Below the pieces are notes generated by a model, which was given only the letters and a program-made list of their open reading frames with translations, was not told where the DNA came from and did no database searches. From positions 150,536,001 to 150,600,000 of the forward strand of contig NC_042998.1 in assembly GCF_006345805.1 (NCBI RefSeq): a stretch of 64,000 nucleotides of DNA, given 5' to 3'. A program made the position numbers and the translations under genes. This document shows, one piece after another, positions 52,429-64,000 of the stretch; the first letter of the stretch is position 1; each line of letters begins with the position of its first letter. The stretch comes from Octopus sinensis (lineage: Eukaryota).

Positions 52429-53327
52429 ATAGGGTGATCCCATAGATAATACAGTTTTTTCATTTGCAGGAACTAAAAGTCGGAGTGGAACGGGATAAAC
52501 TATCAGCGTCAACTTGTTATAAAAGCATGTAGTAGTTTTATTTTGTACTTATTCTTCGTGCAAGTATTGAAGAGTGCAGTTCGATTTTAACAGTTATTTT
52601 TCAAACCAATAATGGAAGTGACAAAGGAGCATATTCAGCATATTTTGCTTTATGAGTTCAATAAAGGCAACAATGCACCGGAAAGTGTGAGGAATATTTA
52701 TGCTGTTTTTGGGAATCGGATACTAAACGTAAGCCAGTGTCAAAGATGGTTACAGAAATTCCGAGCCGGAAACGACAGTACAAAAGACAAGCCTCGTTCT
52801 GGAATTTCTGTAGAGCTCGACGAGGACGTCCTGCAAACCCTGGTGGAACAAAATCCATCGTAACTGTTGAGAAACTAGCAGAAAGGCTTGGATTTGGTCA
52901 TTCAAACATTCCCCAACACCTGCACTAGAAGAAAAACAACCGTCTTTGGTTTCAAGACGAAAGGTGTTCCATCAGGATAATGCTCGGCCATATACGGTGA
53001 AGATGACATCCCAAAGGCTGGAGCAGTCTGAATGGGAAATGGTGTCCACCCAACATATTCGCCGGACATTAATCCATCTGATAATCATTTATTCTGCAGT
53101 CTTTAGAGTCATTTGGACAGAAAAATATGAATTTTGTAGACGAGGTCAGAACAGTACTGGAGAAGCATTTTCGTCTGGGACAACTGAATTTTGGAAGAGG
53201 GTCCTTGCAAGTCTGCCAGATAGATGGAAGAGCGTAGTAGAAAATGAAGGAGAGTATATTTTAGATTAAAAACGAACCTTGTTTATCTTGATTTTGGAAA
53301 AAACGCATTATTTATGGGATAACCTAA
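52429..53327 (+). mobile_element. Internally deleted mariner element with both TIRs
   Basis: TIRs taggg(t)gatcccatagataatacagtttttt / aaaaaacgcattatttatgggataaccta. N-terminal HTH MEVTKEHIQHILLYEFNKG..CQRWLQKFRAG..DKPRSG, and FHQDNARPYT. Most of the catalytic domain is missing. Confidence 0.9.
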
Positions 53328-53950
53328 TGTGTGTGCGTGTACATAGGTATATATATTTATGCATGTTTATATATACATATACATGCATATTTATGTGTTT
53401 ATATGTATATGCGTGTGTACATTTTTACACACATCTGTAATTGTATATATGCTAATCTATATACATGCATACACATACACACACACATTCACACACACGC
53501 ACACACTTACCTTAACACGAAACCATGAATAACACTCGCTATGGAATGAGTCATTTTAACACGCCCCAGCATCTACGACGCCAAACACTAAGAAAAACTT
53601 GATATCGTTGATGATGATGATGATGATGTTGATGGTAGTGGTGGTTATAGTGGTACTCTGATGAGGATTATGAGGATATTGATAATGATATAAGGAGGGG
53701 ATGTGTGTTAAGGTTACGCTGTGATGATGTGAATGTATGTCAAAAATACAGTCTTTCTCCGTCTGCCTGTCTGTCTGCTTGTCTATCTCTTCCCCTCTTT
53801 CCCCCTCTCTCTCTTCCCCCTCTCTCTCTTCCCCCTCATATATATTTATATAATTATTTAGTCATATGTGTATATTCATTTGCTTCAAAGCTAAATAAGA
53901 AACTACACACACGCACACACACACATACATGCATATATGTATACATACAT

Positions 53951-54006
<56 letters not shown>

Positions 54007-54154
54007 CATACGTACATTCATACAGACAGACATGTAGGTAGGCACATGGACAGACAGACAGACAAACTGATAGATAGACAGATAGATAGATAGATAGATG
54101 GATAGATAGATAGATAATGCATGTATAAATAAATTTATATTTACATATACATAC

Positions 54155-54207
<53 letters not shown>

Positions 54208-54230
54208 ATATATACATACATATATTATAT

Positions 54231-54265
<35 letters not shown>

Positions 54266-54339
54266 TATATGCATGAATTTATAACAGCTAAATATGTGTG
54301 TGTATGTGTGTACATATATATATGAAGTAAATGATATAC

Positions 54340-54379
<40 letters not shown>

Positions 54380-54407
54380 ATATGTATATATAATATATAT
54401 ACATATG

Positions 54408-54440
<33 letters not shown>

Positions 54441-54444
54441 ATAT

Positions 54445-54478
<34 letters not shown>

Positions 54479-54480
54479 AC

Positions 54481-54703
54481 CGGAGTAAGCACATAAATGT
54501 GAAACAAGGTGGAAAAAAAGAGTACTCAAATACCAGGGGTAGAGTAATATGCTTTATTTAAAAGCACCAGAAATTCAACAAAACCTGTTACTTGGAGTTT
54601 CACGTTCCCGTTCGTCGGACATTTTAACAAAACTGTCCGACGAACGGGAACGTGAAACTCCGAGTAACAGGTTTTGTTGAATTTCTGCTGCTTTTAAATA
54701 AAG
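54481..54703. mobile_element. Fold-back PLE-type element with a hammerhead motif in each arm, in a (TA)n tract
   Basis: Arms 54552-54621 and 54634-54703. CTGT-CCGACGA-ACG-GGAA-CGT-GAAA-CTCCGAG-TA-ACAG at 54633-54670 (+), with an inverted copy at 54585-54621. Confidence 0.8.
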
Positions 54704-54719
54704 AAAGTATATATATATA

Positions 54720-55112
54720 TGTGGCTATGTGGTAAGTAGCTTGCTAACTAACCACATGGTTCCGGGTTCAGTCCCACTGCGTGGCATCTTGGGCAAGTGT
54801 CTTCTGCTATAGCCCCGGGCCGACCAATGCCTTGTGAGTGGATTTGGTAGACAGAAACTGAAAGAAGCCTGTCGTATATATGTATATATATATGTATGTG
54901 TGTGTGTGTGTCTGTGTGTCTGTGTTTGTCCCCCTAGCATTGCTTGACAACTGATGTTGGTGTGTTTACGTCCCCGTCACTTAGCGGTTCGGCAAAAGAG
55001 ACCGATAGAATAAGTACTGGGCTTACAAACAATAAGTCCCGGGGTCGATTTGCTCGACTAAAGGCGGTGCTCCAGCATGGCCACAGTCAAATGACTGAAA
55101 CAAGTAAACGAG

Positions 55113-55115
<3 letters not shown>
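54720..55115 (+). mobile_element. SINE family B, best-preserved copy
   Basis: tRNA-like head gtggctatgtggtaag..ggttcagtccc, CORE-like cttgggcaagtgtcttct, spacer, and tail ending tgactgaaacaagtaaacgagtaa. Confidence 0.9.
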
Positions 55116-55148
<33 letters not shown>

Positions 55149-56036
55149 GTTAAGGACGTCACCAACTGTGTAAACAACATAAAATACGTGGACAAACGAG
55201 TTAAATATGTAAACAACGAGAGAAAGAAATGGAAAACGGGACAAGTAAACACAGAGAAACGGCCCTTCATCAGTTGTTGGCTGTCTATCTACTCCTCATT
55301 TCGAGCATTCAGTGACAATATGAGTGTTCAAACACAGTTGCTCCCATAAATTCTAAAATGAAATTTAGGATTTATGGCAGGTCAAAGTTAGGAACAAAAA
55401 CAGGACAGTGGAGACACAAGGAAACCGAACACAAAAAAAGTGGGGATCGTTAGACCAGTACGAGAGGAAAATTGTGAACGCTGGGAGAAATATTTTCTTT
55501 GAATGGAGAAGATGGAAGATAGAAGAGAGAGAGAGAGAGAAACGTCAAATATATGCATGTATGTATTTATGCTTGTATGTATGTATGTATGTATGTATGT
55601 ATGTATGTATGTATGTATATCCTTCTCTTTCTTCGCCTTTAACTTGTATAAGCACACGCCAGGAGATTTTATGTGCGTGCATGTGTGCGCATATATATAT
55701 ATATATATATATAATACAAAATGGGATAAGAACGCAAAACATCCGGACAGTTAGGTGATACAAAAATGTGACAACAAAACATCCAGATAGACAAAAAGTT
55801 TTCTTTCCTCAGTCAAGTACCAGATTATCTTCGCAATTTTGGCTGATTATAGTTAAGATTGCTCCAATCTGGCCAACCCCAAGGAAAAACTAAGCTAAGA
55901 GCATTAGATTCCTTGGAAGAAAGCAGCGAATATATACAAAAACAAGGACGGAAAAAAACGGATACTATAAAAATAATAACAGAACATAACAACAGGTATC
56001 TTTCGACTAAGGACGAATATACATATATATAAATTT

Positions 56037-56398
<362 letters not shown>

Positions 56399-56799
56399 CT
56401 TGCCAATATATGTCTGTATACGTATGTAGCTATGTACACGCGTCTGTATGTTTTAGTATATATACGTATATTATAGATGGTTTGGTATGTGCATATACTG
56501 CTAAATGTATACGTCATGCAACGTGAAAAAATTTTTAAACGGATATAACTTTTAATGTACCAATTGATTAATATTTTACAAATAATTATTTACTCTGGGT
56601 ATTGAATCTCTGTCCTTCTTTATAAGCTATTTTTGATTTAAGGTTTTATTCGATTTTATAATAAGATGATTTTATACCGAAATCTGTTCGTTGCATGCAA
56701 CCGGTTATTGTAAAGCCGTTAGTTGAAAGGACCAATGAAACAAGACCATTTTCAAACGTGTTTCCCTTAAACTAATTATATATGTTTGCTTATAATCTT

Positions 56800-56895
56800 A
56801 TTCTTGTTCCATTCTAAACAAAACTGTCAGACGAACGTGAACGTGAAACTCTGAGTAACACTTTTTGTGATATTTTTGCTATTTTTAATAAAGTA
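56800..56895 (+). mobile_element. Single-arm copy of the 54481 family with a decayed hammerhead motif (56824-56860)
   Basis: cattctaaacaaaactgtcagacgaacgtgaacgtgaaactctgagtaaca. Confidence 0.6.
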
Positions 56896-57715
56896 TGTGT
56901 GTGGGGGGGGGTGTTATATTAGCTACGTCATTACATACATTATTATAGTATAAATACAATACTTTCACACTAGTCGCTCGTTGGTTGACAAGCTGAACTG
57001 GTGAGCTGGTTAATAGTCACAGTATATTCGCCTAAAAATATTGATAAAACGAGAACAAAAATGCTTAACACAATATTATCGTTTTCCACCCTACTTTACT
57101 CTATGAGTAAAATAAATAGATAAATAAATAAATAAATAAATAATTAAATAAATAAGCAAATGAATAAGTATATAAATAAATAACATTGATCTCTACCTGT
57201 CGACTCTTCTATAAAAAACTTCCTGGTGATTTAAATTCTAAAATATCGAGTCACTGCAAACGTCATTTATCACGTGACACAAAGCTAAGCCGTCATTTTC
57301 CTGACGTCTTCATGTTCAATGTGGATTGCCGACACTCATCCAGATTATCATTAAACCGGATATCGATGTGAAATCACGATTCTTGCAGTATTTTGGCGCC
57401 GTGTTTACATTAGCAGCTTAGGTTTGGAAGGAGAAGCAGATAGGAAACATAACGCTTCTTACATATCGATATCTATATATCTGTATGTGAATGTGTGTGT
57501 GTGTGTATGTGTGTGTGTGTGTGTGTGTATGTGTGCGTGCGTACGTGCGTGCGTATGTCTGTGTTCCTACGTGTTTATCAATGTGTAATAGATATATGCA
57601 CATGGATATATAGACAATCTGTGCGTACACACACACACACACATACATACAGATATGTGTATACATAGAGATTTCATAGATAGATAGATAGATAGATATA
57701 TAGATAGATAGATAT

Positions 57716-57792
<77 letters not shown>

Positions 57793-58135
57793 AGATAGAT
57801 AGATAGATAGATATTTTCCGTCGGTTTCGACGATGCTTATTTCAGTTGTTCAAATAAGTAAACTACCCTTTTCTTTGAATTATAAATCTAAGTGGCTGAA
57901 TATTTCTGAGACGCTTTTACATTTAATGTTATTCTTCATACAGAATTAATGTGATAGAAATCTGACCTTATCCACCCACCACCCCCGCTTGTATTATGGA
58001 TGCAGTCAATCCAAAGGCGTTTTCGCAGTTACATATGCAGAGAGAAAGAATCGTGGATCTAAAGTATGTTCAGCAAGTTTCTCCACCATTTTGCGATACC
58101 TGTATCATCCTACCATAATTCAGTGACCGATGATG

Positions 58136-58240
58136 ATCAATGTTGACCATTGATGGTCAGCGTTGACCGTTGATGGTCAGCGTTGACCGTTGATGGTCAG
58201 CGTTGACCGTTGATGGTCAGCGTTGACCGTTGATGGTCAG
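58136..58240. repeat. Minisatellite, 20-bp unit, about 5 copies
   Basis: (cgttgaccgttgatggtcag)n. Confidence 0.95.
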
Positions 58241-58689
58241 TTTTTATACACTATATAAAAACAAGCCAAAATCTTACTCTTTATTTCATTTCATGACAGT
58301 GGTTTCTCAACGTGCTGGAAATGGTAACCAAATCCCCCTTAAATCCTACCCTGTTGCAAACATTGGGAGTGAGTCATCAGTCTGAGATGGGCGTGATAAC
58401 TTGTTCTACATCTTACTACAAGAACCCATAATTTAAGGGCTTTTGTTTCTTTTGCCGCATTAATCTCAAAACATTACAAAAGGTCAAAGTTGCTACAATT
58501 CTTACACACACACACACACACAACACACACACACACACGCACGCCAAACGAGCACACGCACATATTTTATTATTGATGTTGTTGTTGTTATTATTTAAAA
58601 TATTTTGTAGCGGTCACATGCAACTTAATGTTTCGTTAGCTCCTTACAAAGCCCTAGCTAGTCAGGTTCGACAGGCTTCTACACATTTT

Positions 58690-58945
58690 CCGTGAACCAA
58701 ATTCCATTCACAAGGCATTGGCCGGTCTTTAATAGAACACACTTGTCCAAGATGTCTTGTACCTGGGATAGAACCCGGAGTCATATGGTTACACAACCCG
58801 GAGTCATATGGTTACGCAACCCGGGGGTGTCATATGGTTACGTAACTATGAGTCATCTGATTACGTAACCCGGAGTCATATGGTTATGTAACCCTGAGTC
58901 AATTGGTTACGTAACCAACTTCTTAACCACACCATCTCGCTTGCG
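58690..58945 (-). mobile_element. SINE family B 5' part with a 23-bp minisatellite (58772-58917) expanded inside the tRNA-like head
   Basis: About 6 copies of aacccggagtcatatggttacg(c/t) lie between cttgtccaagatgtc and caacttcttaaccacacc. Confidence 0.75.
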
Positions 58946-60918
58946 CTTTTTTAAGGAAACTTCTAATTAACGATGGTTAAACCGTGGTGTCTCATCTCTT
59001 ATTCAGACTCAATCAATCTAGGGCTACATTATTCAATATATCCTGTTGTTTAAGACACTAAATGAAGACTGAAGGGGTTTCTTTTCCCCTATTTTCACTA
59101 AGTGACGTGACCGTGTTGAGGGTTCCCTGTTCACATGTTTCCTCGGTGGTCGTCGACATATTGTAGTCTACGTTTGAAATTCCACCATACTAACTGAAAG
59201 GCAACACGTTTATGACTCTCTCTTCTTCTCACTTTTCTTCTGTTTCTCCTCTTAGTCTCTCTTAATTCTCTTTCTCTGTTCCTGTCTTTTTCTCGCTTTC
59301 ACTCTTCCATTCCCTCTTTCTTTTTCTCTCTCACTCTTTCTCTTTCTCTCTCCCCTTGTCGTAGTCTCTCTCACTCTCTTCCTCTCTCTGCCTCTCTTTC
59401 CCCCTTCTCTCTCTCTCGCTCTCTCTCTTACTTCCTCTCTCTCTGTCGACCATATACAGACAAGCCGATAAGGTAATGTATGTCCTTAAGTCCACACACA
59501 CACACACACACCTTCCCTCCCACACCTTCCATTTAAGGCTAGATTACATATCAAACTGGAGTGTTAAGTAGTAAGTACCAGGTGTCCCGGTTTGCTCTGT
59601 GTTTGCATGTTCTTCCATGTGTCGACGTTCACTTCCGGTTAACTCTGTTCTATTTTATCTTATTTTATTTTTGTTTTCTTTCTCCGGCTTCAGAATAATT
59701 TATTCAGAAGATGTTTCTGCTTTCTCCATCATTTTTAACAACAACAATAGCAATCAGGAAATTAATGAGAAAAACATTGGATCTTAAAATGATGCTTTGC
59801 AATACAGTTTCTCCCCCTCTCTCTCTCTCACACATACACACACACACATATTTGTACATGTGTGCCTGTCTCTCTGTCTGTCTGTCTGTCTGTATGTATG
59901 TATGTATGTATGTATATTTTGCATCCATATGCCTGATAAAACCATGCACCTGGAAAGTCTCTCTGCAATCTGTGTTGTCAGCGAACAGTCCAGGCCTGGA
60001 TAAGACTGTATGGAATACCAGCAGCTAGCCACACCTGTCTCTCTACGAGGTAAAGGCCGATTCTATCTTGGTACCAGTGTTATGAATGCAATTGTAGGAA
60101 TCAGCTAAAGGTAATGTCAGACTGTCTTGAAGACAACGCCGCTCAAGACTTGTCGATTACGTCGATCCCAGTACGTGATTGGTACCAGCGTAGCTTTTTC
60201 CTTTTTTATTTTCTTTTTTCTTGATCCTGGAAAAATGGATAAATTTAACCTAAATCCTGGACAAATCTAACCTAAACATGATTTAATCTTGCTTAAATTT
60301 GTCACTCGCTAGACGGAGTTGCTTGACATGAAGACCATCAGCTCATTCTTAAAGGGTTTTATGGCAATTTTATAAATAATTTTATTTTTATTTATTTATT
60401 CATTGTAATTTTTGTTATTTCCATTCAGATAGTAAATGCTACTTTTTATCGTACCTAACTTTTTACCTCTCTTTACTTAGATTCGGCGGTACAAATTGGT
60501 TTCAGTCATCTTTCTATCTGGCCTGGGTCACTCGCATCACCCGGTTGGGTTCTTGTCCATACACATTTCTATATGATTCTTCAGCGGGTTTCATGCAGCA
60601 TTGTGTGTGTGCGTGCGTGTGTGTGTGTGTGTCATGGGTATCGACTCATTACTGAAGTATAATATTTTCTCAACCGCTACACTGACAAAGTACGTTTATA
60701 AAGGCACCAGGCTATAAAAAACTGGCACCACACAAATTCGCAAGTTGTATGGAGATAAATATTTACAGTTTAAAACTAGTGGAAAATTGTTAGAAATAGA
60801 TACTCTACGATAGTTTTTGTGGCTGAAATGTCTCTTTAGTCCAGCAAGAAATCTACAAATTTTTCCACACAGACGACGTGAAAACGTTTGATTTCCATGT
60901 GAAGGCTGCTGCAATTAG

Positions 60919-61051
60919 ATAAGTGAAATACTTACTTATACCCATGGAATCCATGGGTAAAAGTAAGTATTTCACTTATTTCTTTGCCACATTTATCACT
61001 GATGAAGGGAAGGTTCTTATGAACTAACTCTGAAGTCGGGTCCGATATGGT
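60919..61051 (+). ncRNA. 29-bp-arm hairpin (60919-60979) followed by a degenerate hammerhead-like motif (60995-61051)
   Basis: ATCA-CTGATGA-[stem II]-GAAG-TCGG-GT-CCGA-TA-TGGT; GAAA is replaced by GAAG. Confidence 0.45.
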
Positions 61052-63294
61052 AATAACGGGATTTTTTAGAAAATTTCTGTCGGCTTTCTTCGAGACGCGT
61101 GCTTGTAGTGATAACTTACTTGGTTATTGACGTTGTGTCTATTTTCGGCATATTTTGTCATTAGAAATTTTTTCTTTTGCTCTTACTTATAAATTATGTA
61201 TATATATATATACTACTCGAAATGAGGAGTAGCTAAACAGCCAACAACTGATGAAGGATCGTTTCTCTGTGTTTACTTGTCCTGTTTTCCACTTTTTTCT
61301 CTCGTTGTTAACGTATTTAACTCATTTGTCTAAGTATTTCATGTTGTTTACACAGTTGGTGACGTCCTGTACCCAAATATGCATATGTATATGTATGTAT
61401 GTATTTATGTACGTATATACACATACATATCTACATATGCTAATACTCGATCTATGCTGGCCTCCTCATTCGTATCATTATCGAGCCTAGAGCTAAACTT
61501 TAGTCTGTCTATAGCATTTACTTAGCATTACCTGACACCTATGGGTCTTCTTGACACCAATACCTTCATACCCTTGATATATACATACATACATATGTGT
61601 GTATGTACATATATATATATATAATATATATATATATATATTATATAATATATATAATATATAAATATATGCATACAAACATACATATATGTACATACCT
61701 ACATCTATCTGTATATATACATGCATATATGGGTACAGGACATCAAAAAAACGTTAAACACAATGAGAAACGAATACGTAAAAACAAAATCATGAAAACG
61801 AACTATTTTTTAAACAACGAAAGAACCGAGTACAAGACATACAACACAAGGAATATTCCCCTTCTTCAGTTGTCTCTGTTTCGTCTAAGAGAAAATTAAA
61901 CAGAGAATTTTTAAATTGTGGATTTAGCGGTCAAGCATGGTGACATGTGTGTGTGTGTGTCTTGTGTGTACACTCTTTTTGATAAACGCCGACTCTAAAC
62001 GCCTTCTTGCTTAGCCTTTCTTGTATTCTTTCTTTTTCTTTTTTATTTGTATGTTTTAAGTCGCGCGGGAGTGGTAGAACAATAGATATGACAGAGACAA
62101 CAACAAGCAACGCCGACAACCATGACAGTAACACCAACAGATCTAAAGTTAGAAACGAATAATAAAGAATGTAAGGAGTGTTAGGGAAAGTAGATTAAAG
62201 GAAGTATCAGTTGTGGGATGAGGTTGGTACATGTAGAGATCAAGATTAATTAAATTAATTAATCTTTATTAATTAAAGACAACCAAATTGTTTTTTTTAT
62301 TTATTTCAGGTGATATACCTACCACATCTCCTCTCGTGCTTAATCTCCTCTATTGTGTTTAATCCCTAGGGTCTCTTCTGGAACAGAATATCCTAAAATA
62401 ATCCGCCCGAAGTACAAATTTGTGGGTTTCTCACCTCCAGTTTTGACTTTACTCCAAATGTTCATAGTAAAGATCGATAATATCGATCTTGTTAACCTGA
62501 TAGACACAGCATATGTCATTCATGGTCAGCATATTGACTCGGAAGATTGATTGTTGACTCCCTGGAGACTATTTCCCTTCTTCGTTTGGAGTCGGTTTCA
62601 ATTTCCGCTAGGTGTTATTTTTCCATCTCTCAATGATAAGCAAGTTTCAAAAAATCTCACAAGTTGTCTTGTATGATATTTCTTTTACCTTTCTTCGCTT
62701 TTTTTTTCTTATCCAAATACATGCCACTGGTCACCCTGCGTTATTTCTCTTAGCTCAAATCTTAATTATGCACATTACCTTAGGCCATAAATGTTTTTTT
62801 TCTTCTTCTTCGTTATGTCTGAGTCTTATGTCACACTACGGGTCAAGCTATAACAAAGCTGTGCTGAAGACATTCATTGTGGAAGAAACACCTATTCAGA
62901 AGTATCGTCTCGTATCTCGACATAAAAAAGATTCTTTTCTTTAGTGATTTGTTAATCTATAAGATTGGTTGCTGATTTCTTGAGGCTATCTCTCCTTTCT
63001 CATTCCAATTCGGTTGCAATTACCGCTAAGTGTTTGTTTAACTTCCCTAGAAGGGAAGATAATTTCAATAAACCAAGAAATCATCTTGGATTTAGAATTC
63101 CTTTTTTTGTATATCTGTCTATCTCTCCCCCTCTCTCTCTCTCTCTCTCTCTCGCTGATACTATCACAAACATATATATATGTACACACATATATAGATT
63201 CAAACATACATACATACATACATACATACAGATATATTTATTAATGTTCGTTTTTATCTTATAACAGAAACAATTTTTCATTAAATTGAAGGAT

Positions 63295-63890
63295 TTGGTA
63301 GAGTATAAATTTATTATTCTTTAACAATAGTAGTATTGACTGTGACTTCGAAGTTTCGGCCATCAGTGCCATCATCGGACTGTAATGCATTTAAGCTCAT
63401 CATGGCTTTATATAGTCCTTGTTAAGTTAAAATTTTCTAGGGTAAACTGTGTCTCGTTGAATGATAATTAGGTTGTATGGGCGGTTGTGGCAGCAAGATG
63501 TTATGAAGAATCTTTATTAAATTTTGGAAAATGCTAATTGTTAGAATTTATTCATGCATTAGTTGTGTATGCTTAGGTGTATCAACTTCAAGTCGTAGGT
63601 GTTCACAAAAGAATGCAGTTTGGTTGTTGTCAGTTTTATTTAGACATTGATAGGGCATTTACCTTTTGTTTTGAGAATGTGAAGGTTAAATCTTAGAGTT
63701 CGGTCCACTGTTTTCACCTATATATTTATATGTGTTACTTGGTATGTCAACTTTTAGGGATTGGTATTTAAGGCCAATAGTATTTATGATCTTTATACCA
63801 GTCTATATTGGGAGGGTGTCGGTTATCATTTAAGCGTGTTACAGCGTTGTAAACTTTGTTAATCAAATGTTTTAATGTTGACAAGAGTAT
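63295..63890 (-). mobile_element. Degenerate PLE 3' end (possible GIY-YIG remnant) with a hammerhead motif at 63339-63383
   Basis: Weak YIGENSG/RTL remnant at about 63690-63725. ACAGT-CCGATGA-T-GGC-ACTGATG-GCC-GAAA-CTTCGAAG-TC-ACAGT, with one stem I mismatch. Confidence 0.6.
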
Positions 63891-64000
63891 ATATATTTAT
63901 ATATATATATGTAGGGTAAGGAAGGGCTGGCCCATCCAATACGAGTATTGATTCCTCCTCTTGGACGAAAATTTGAACCATTAACGCCGGTGGCGAATGT

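Noticed and set aside
16864-54703. All palindromes being long-read chimeras
   Set aside because: Several have diverged arms, unequal arm lengths and unique spacers, and the same families recur in unfolded form. The artefact explanation stays open only for 50601-50908.
54720-54790. tRNA genes (here and at other SINE heads, e.g. 5563, 18797, 35080)
   Set aside because: They have A/B-box-like motifs but no complete cloverleaf, and they run straight into SINE bodies.
55255-55310. Hammerhead around CTGATGA (also about 61245)
   Set aside because: The GAAA lies upstream and does not close a compatible stem II; no valid topology could be drawn.
58136-58917. CRISPR-like arrays
   Set aside because: The repeats are contiguous with no unique spacers, there are no cas genes, and the context is eukaryotic.
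59694-59787. Terminal coding exon after a strong polypyrimidine/cag acceptor
   Set aside because: Only a 30-codon peptide with no recognisable homology and no linked upstream exon.

Overview
Eukaryotic, AT-rich, microsatellite-saturated DNA. The SINE repertoire points to an octopod cephalopod (inference). No host protein-coding gene can be called with confidence, and almost all ORFs in the track are translations of simple repeats. The window is mostly transposon debris: two tRNA-headed SINE families in many copies; fragments of R4/Dong-like, CR1-group, RTE and L1/Tx1 LINEs and Penelope-like elements (PLEs); an internally deleted mariner; a hAT remnant; a long-TIR MITE carrying telomere-like repeats; a Helitron-like element; two adjacent satellites; and one 100-N gap. 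The main unexplained structure is a set of about 20 minimal type I hammerhead-ribozyme (HHR)-like motifs from several unrelated short repeat families. Most sit in fold-back (inverted) duplications inside or next to (TA)n tracts, and several have non-canonical cores: a G3:C8 swap and a recurrent CCGAYGA. A second signal is an L1/Tx1-clade LINE whose two copies both abut (GATA)n tracts in the same orientation, suggesting microsatellite targeting. All RNA folds were read by eye, not computed, and the edges of degenerate repeats are approximate.
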